A DNA stretch of 27,289 bases, taken from the IMG/VR virus record IMGVR_UViG_3300015201_000009, positions 1 to 27,289 of that record, one strand, 5' to 3'. The position numbers and the translations under genes are program-made. Every line of letters begins with the position of its first letter. Within the stretch, counting starts at the first letter, position 1. Under the pieces are notes generated by a model, which was not told the origin of the DNA, ran no database searches, and was given only the letters and a program-made list of their open reading frames with translations. This document shows, piece by piece, positions 23,475-27,289 of the stretch. This stretch comes from a virus (taxonomy: Duplodnaviria; Caudoviricetes).

Positions 23475-24006
23475 GGGAACGTACACAACCCTGACGCTTG
23501 CTACTTTTAAGGAGCATTTGAAATGGGGCGACGACACTTCGGAAGACGTAACCATGCAGTTGTATCTAACCTCAGCAATTAAACAGGCTGAGGCTTACAC
23601 ACGCCGTGCGATCGATCTGGCTACCTACAGAACTTATCTGGATTCGTTCTATAATTTCACTTTTGACATTGCTCCTATCGTTGTAGCTGGTGTTGCGGTG
23701 AGTTATTACAACTCATCCGACGTGCTTACTACACTACCGACAACTGAGTACACCGTCAAAGACAAAGGGAGAGATTCATACGCTGAAATCGAGTTCACGG
23801 GCACGATGCCAGAACTTTACGACAGATATGAGCCGGTTTATGTTCAGTTCCAGGCTGGTTACAGTACGTATCCGGCAGACCTGGCAGCGATAATACTTCA
23901 GCAAGCGGCTGACTACTTCGAGAACAGGACCAACGACCAAAACGGCAGTTTAAACGAGGTGACTTTTGGATTTCATAAGAGGCTTTTCCCTTATAAGATT
24001 CTATGA
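23422..24006 (+). CDS. head-tail connector (HK97 gp6-like)
   Basis: TL...K.HL, D.....Y..SA...AE.YT.R, AGY, P......IL......ENR. Confidence 0.88.
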   Translation: MIVLTTQRPEIISRIQTEGTYTTLTLATFKEHLKWGDDTSEDVTMQLYLTSAIKQAEAYTRRAIDLATYRTYLDSFYNFTFDIAPIVVAGVAVSYYNSSDVLTTLPTTEYTVKDKGRDSYAEIEFTGTMPELYDRYEPVYVQFQAGYSTYPADLAAIILQQAADYFENRTNDQNGSLNEVTFGFHKRLFPYKIL

Positions 24007-24707
24007 AGCTACTGATTTACACAGCGGTTTGGAAACGTCCTGAGATAACGGAGATCTGTTTTATGGGCATGCAGCGACTTCAAAAAGTACCAGGTTTCCA
24101 CGTGGAACTATTCGCGGTCATCTCGGAAGAGTCGATGATTCCGCTTTGTGACAAGTACGGTGTTAAGTGGACGATGTTTCACAACCACCCACTAGGAGCG
24201 AAGAAGAACCACGGCGTAAAGGGGGCTCTGAAATACGACTTTGAGTACTTGATAGAGGTCGGTTCTGATGACTTGTTGAAAAACGAAATCCTGAACCTGT
24301 ATCAGTGGAATTCTCCGGTAATTGGCTTGATGGATTTCACTCTGTTGAATACCGAAGACGGAGCGTGTAAACGGATCACCACGAATATTCCAAAGTACGG
24401 AGCTGGCAGGGCGATTCAGAGGTATGTGATAGAGTCTACCAAGTTGTGGGAAGATTCGAGAAGTAGGGGGATGGATAACAGCTCAAGTATATCACTTGGA
24501 CGCGCTGGCTTTATTCAACGAGGGGTAAGAAGTGAAAACCCGGTAGCTATTGCGTTGAAAAGTGATGTGAATTTATGGAGTTATAAGTCAATTCCAGGGG
24601 AAAAGTACTCTATAGAAAAAGCTTTAGAAGGACTGAGTGACCAAGAGGTAAACGCTATACGATGCTTAATTCAAAACAAAACATTGGCAGGCTTGACCGA
24701 AGGATAG
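24003..24707 (+). CDS. GT-A fold glycosyltransferase-like protein within the head-tail module
   Basis: AVWKR...N.PLG.K.N...GSDDLL...GAGR; paralog of 17089..17961. Confidence 0.7.
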   Translation: MKLLIYTAVWKRPEITEICFMGMQRLQKVPGFHVELFAVISEESMIPLCDKYGVKWTMFHNHPLGAKKNHGVKGALKYDFEYLIEVGSDDLLKNEILNLYQWNSPVIGLMDFTLLNTEDGACKRITTNIPKYGAGRAIQRYVIESTKLWEDSRSRGMDNSSSISLGRAGFIQRGVRSENPVAIALKSDVNLWSYKSIPGEKYSIEKALEGLSDQEVNAIRCLIQNKTLAGLTEG

Positions 24708-25057
24708 TCATTCAGCAGTCAACAGAGTCAAAGGATATATACGGGCAACCGGTTAAAACTTGGGCGGCACTGGCAACAGTTTGGGCACAAGTTGAAGACC
24801 GGTCCGGGAGTGAAGGAGTTCAGGCGGAACAAATCACGGCTTCGAGAACAACAGTTTTTACGATCCGGTATTTGTCAACGGTAGCGGAGCGAATGAGGAT
24901 CTTGTACAATTTCAGGTACTACGATATTCACTCGATAAAGTCACCGGACCGGAACAGGTTTTTAGAATTGAGTACGGAGTTACTGGATGATCCTTTCGAA
25001 GAGAGTGAAGATGCAGCGGAATTTAGTTCAGCGTTTTCAAGTGCTTTCAATGTATGA
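24662..25057 (+). CDS. head closure / head-tail adaptor (SPP1 gp16-like)
   Basis: G.L..RI.IQ, D.YG....W.....VWA, F.IRY, MRI. Confidence 0.9.
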   Translation: MLNSKQNIGRLDRRIVIQQSTESKDIYGQPVKTWAALATVWAQVEDRSGSEGVQAEQITASRTTVFTIRYLSTVAERMRILYNFRYYDIHSIKSPDRNRFLELSTELLDDPFEESEDAAEFSSAFSSAFNV

Positions 25058-25455
25058 TAAAAGGAGAAGCGGAACTGAGGAGGAAGTTAGACCGGCTTGG
25101 ACGGATTGGAGACAAGGAGTTCACAAAGGCCAACAAGAAAGCGGCGGAGCCTTTAATTCACCGGATGCACAGACTTGCGCCGGTTGGGTTGACAGGAAAT
25201 TTAGCTGACTCCATTGGGTCGATAGTTTCAAAAGGTGAAGTAACAGTAGGGCCGAGAAGAAAAGGAGGCTATAAAGGATTTGCAGGGCACTTGGTAGAGT
25301 TTGGGACCAAGGCACGAAAGACAAAACGCGGCGCGAACCGTGGGGTGATGCCGGCGGAACCTTTTGTGGAGCCTTCATGGGAGCAGACGAAAAACGAGGT
25401 ATTAGGAATAGTGACAAAGGAACTTGAAAAGACTGTTTTAAAATTTGCTCTATGA
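25054..25455 (+). CDS. HK97 gp10-like tail component
   Basis: AP..TGNL..SI, LVEFGT, MPA.PF..P. Confidence 0.88.
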   Translation: MIKGEAELRRKLDRLGRIGDKEFTKANKKAAEPLIHRMHRLAPVGLTGNLADSIGSIVSKGEVTVGPRRKGGYKGFAGHLVEFGTKARKTKRGANRGVMPAEPFVEPSWEQTKNEVLGIVTKELEKTVLKFAL

Positions 25456-25856
25456 TCCCTGGTGTTTTAGCTCTTCTTTCGGCAAACGCTACGGTGCAGA
25501 CCTTAGTAGGGGCCAGCGCGAAAGGTGGAGGTTATAAAATCTACCCGGTAGTAGCAGAACAAGACGAGCAAAGGCCTTATGTGACCATCAGAAGAACCTC
25601 AGAGTTTGGAACGATCACTAAGAACGAGGTAAGTGATAAGGATCAGGTAAGGTTTAACGTAGTGGCTTACGCTGATGAGTATAAAAAGTGTTACGACATC
25701 CTTGCAGCGTGTCGTACTGTGCTGGAAAACTACACCGGGACATCAGCAAGCATAGAGTTTAAAAAGATCTGGTATGTGGGGAGTGAGGATTTATTTGATA
25801 AAGAGGACAGGACTTATGTGATCGCGGACACCTATGACGCAAGAGTAAAAAGATGA
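25452..25856 (+). CDS. tail terminator/completion protein (DUF3168-like)
   Basis: L.....V..LVG...IYP......PYV motif; position. Confidence 0.8.
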   Translation: MIPGVLALLSANATVQTLVGASAKGGGYKIYPVVAEQDEQRPYVTIRRTSEFGTITKNEVSDKDQVRFNVVAYADEYKKCYDILAACRTVLENYTGTSASIEFKKIWYVGSEDLFDKEDRTYVIADTYDARVKR

Positions 25857-26050
25857 TGATACGGCTATTAAAAAGTCATGTCAATTGCGCGGGTAGAAAG
25901 ATTCCAATGGGAACAGTTTACCGGAAGCGCGACAAGGAAGCGAAGGAATTAATTGAATTAAACATAGCGGAAGAGTACAAGGGACCGTACCCGCCAAAGA
26001 AAATGAAAACTAACTTTTTTAAACCAAAAACATGGCAACAACAGGCATAG
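25853..26050 (+). CDS. small hypothetical virion protein
   Basis: IRLLK...A.ELI....AE, similar pattern to 23286..23474. Confidence 0.55.
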   Translation: MMIRLLKSHVNCAGRKIPMGTVYRKRDKEAKELIELNIAEEYKGPYPPKKMKTNFFKPKTWQQQA

Positions 26051-26442
26051 TAGAAGGCAATATAATGCTCTTGTACGTGGATGGTGAGTCTATCGGTTGC
26101 ACCACAGATGCAAACTTTGACTTCTCCAGGGAGCTAATCGAAGCTGTCTGCAAAGACAACGGCGGCGCACGACAAATTAAACTCGGCGGGACTTCCGGAA
26201 ACTTCGGTGTTTCTGGTTTATGGAAGTTTGACGCGGCTTACGGAATTGAAGACATCGTAGATGCATGGCTGGCTGGTACACTGGTGACGGTGAGATGGTC
26301 CACCAGTGAAACGGGAGACTTCTACCTGGAAGCTGACTGCTATATCACAAATATTTCCGGGTCTGCTTCGGTGAACGACAACGTTACATTCGATGCAACT
26401 TTTGAGATCACAGGAACCATAACCAAGGGCGATGAGACATAA
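26032..26442 (+). CDS. major tail tube protein
   Basis: G....LYV....IGC, KD.G, ..T.I.......D..TF...F..TG. Confidence 0.88.
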   Translation: MATTGIVEGNIMLLYVDGESIGCTTDANFDFSRELIEAVCKDNGGARQIKLGGTSGNFGVSGLWKFDAAYGIEDIVDAWLAGTLVTVRWSTSETGDFYLEADCYITNISGSASVNDNVTFDATFEITGTITKGDET

Positions 26443-26803
26443 TGTAGGTATAGGATCAGGAGAATTCAAAGTAAAGATCGGCGAGAAAGAAGTTGGATTT
26501 CGTTTCGGGATGCTCGCCAGCTCTTACACAGAACAAAAGGCTCAAAAGCCAATCTTTAAAGTATTTCAGGAGATCGCCACGGGGCGCGGGTCGCTGGCAG
26601 TGCTTCAATACTTCTACGGTGGGGCTGTGGCTTATAATGAGTTCAACGACATCGAAGAAAAAGTAACGCTCGCGCAGGTGTCTGAGTGGATAGAGGAAAT
26701 GGGACTGGAGGAAGCGATGAGAATTTATTCTGAATCCATCAAAACCCATTTACCAAAAAACGGGAAAGCCCCGAAGGAGGAAGCGGGGCTGAAGGTGGAA
26801 TAG
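26432..26803 (+). CDS. tail assembly chaperone (gpG-like)
   Basis: Position after tail tube; ends with PKN slippery site. Confidence 0.8.
   Translation: MRHNVGIGSGEFKVKIGEKEVGFRFGMLASSYTEQKAQKPIFKVFQEIATGRGSLAVLQYFYGGAVAYNEFNDIEEKVTLAQVSEWIEEMGLEEAMRIYSESIKTHLPKNGKAPKEEAGLKVE
26755..26790 (+). other. programmed -1 frameshift signal
   Basis: A AAA AAC in frame, 5-nt spacer, stem AGCCCCG/CGGGGCT; -1 frame is open into 26824..27150. Confidence 0.8.
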
Positions 26804-26823
26804 AAGAACTCTACGCTTTCGCG

Positions 26824-27150
26824 GTGTCGAAGGCTAAGATTGATCATGAAAGATTTTGGGCTTTATCCTGGTTTCAGATAGGACTTTACATAGACGGATT
26901 TTTGTTCGATCAGGAGGCCATTAAAAACCGTGAAGAGCAAGCGTGGGCGAGGTTTAGAATCGGGTGGGCTGACTTCGGGAACGCGAACAGGGGAAAGAAA
27001 GGTAAAATAAGAAGGCCACAGGATTTAATAAAACTAAGTTTTGACGTACAGGCGGAGACCGAACGGCTTGCGAAATACCATGAAATAGATCTGGACGCTG
27101 TCAGACGAAAGCTAGGAACTAAACTAAAAAGGAAACGTGGCAAGCAATAG
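26824..27150 (+). CDS. gpT-like C-terminal part of the frameshifted chaperone
   Basis: FW.LS......Y..G...E..W..FR motif; reached by -1 shift. Confidence 0.8.
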   Translation: MSKAKIDHERFWALSWFQIGLYIDGFLFDQEAIKNREEQAWARFRIGWADFGNANRGKKGKIRRPQDLIKLSFDVQAETERLAKYHEIDLDAVRRKLGTKLKRKRGKQ

Positions 27151-27289
27151 TATTTTAGCAAAGCTGGCGGTACTTCTAACGGGGGATGCTTCGGGTTTAG
27201 ATAAAACCCTGAAAGGCACCCAAAAACAACTTACATCATTTTCTCAATCTGCTACAGGTGTCGCCAAGTCAATGGCCGGACTTGTGGCA
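27137..27289 (+). CDS. tape measure protein, N-terminal partial
   Basis: GTG start, MASNSILAKLAVLLTGDASGLDKTL..., open to the window end. Confidence 0.8.
   Translation, partial: MASNSILAKLAVLLTGDASGLDKTLKGTQKQLTSFSQSATGVAKSMAGLVA

Noticed and set aside
26762-26768. Lambda-type slippery GGGAAAG
   Set aside because: Read as GGG AAA G, the wrong phase for tandem -1 slippage; A AAA AAC fits
366-27161. Many antisense or alternate-frame ORFs nested in real genes
   Set aside because: Shadow ORFs without recognisable motifs

Overview
A ~27 kb segment of a tailed (siphovirus-type, HK97-like) phage or prophage. The host is probably Bacteroidota, judging by TAnnTTTG-type promoters and AT-rich start regions without clear SD sequences. 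From a divergent control region at ~6540-6665, a leftward operon runs through a frameshifted NinG-like gene, a NUMOD1-HNH endonuclease, an orphan TnpB with omega-RNA, guide and terminator, a ~430 nt structured non-coding region, an HNH, an RHH protein and a possible replication protein. The rightward arm has many small early genes, a gp74-like HNH, a probable cos region, TerS and a TerL with a class 3 LAGLIDADG intein, then glycan-modifying enzymes, portal, protease, capsid, head-tail and tail genes, a -1 frameshift chaperone pair and the start of the tape measure. Most notable: the structured RNA region (kissing loops, long-range pairing, G-tract), a terminator-delimited TnpB guide with rearranged RuvC, a TerL whose nuclease Asp residues look replaced, and a putative virion glycosylation set. 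All calls are from motif reading by eye; no searches were run.
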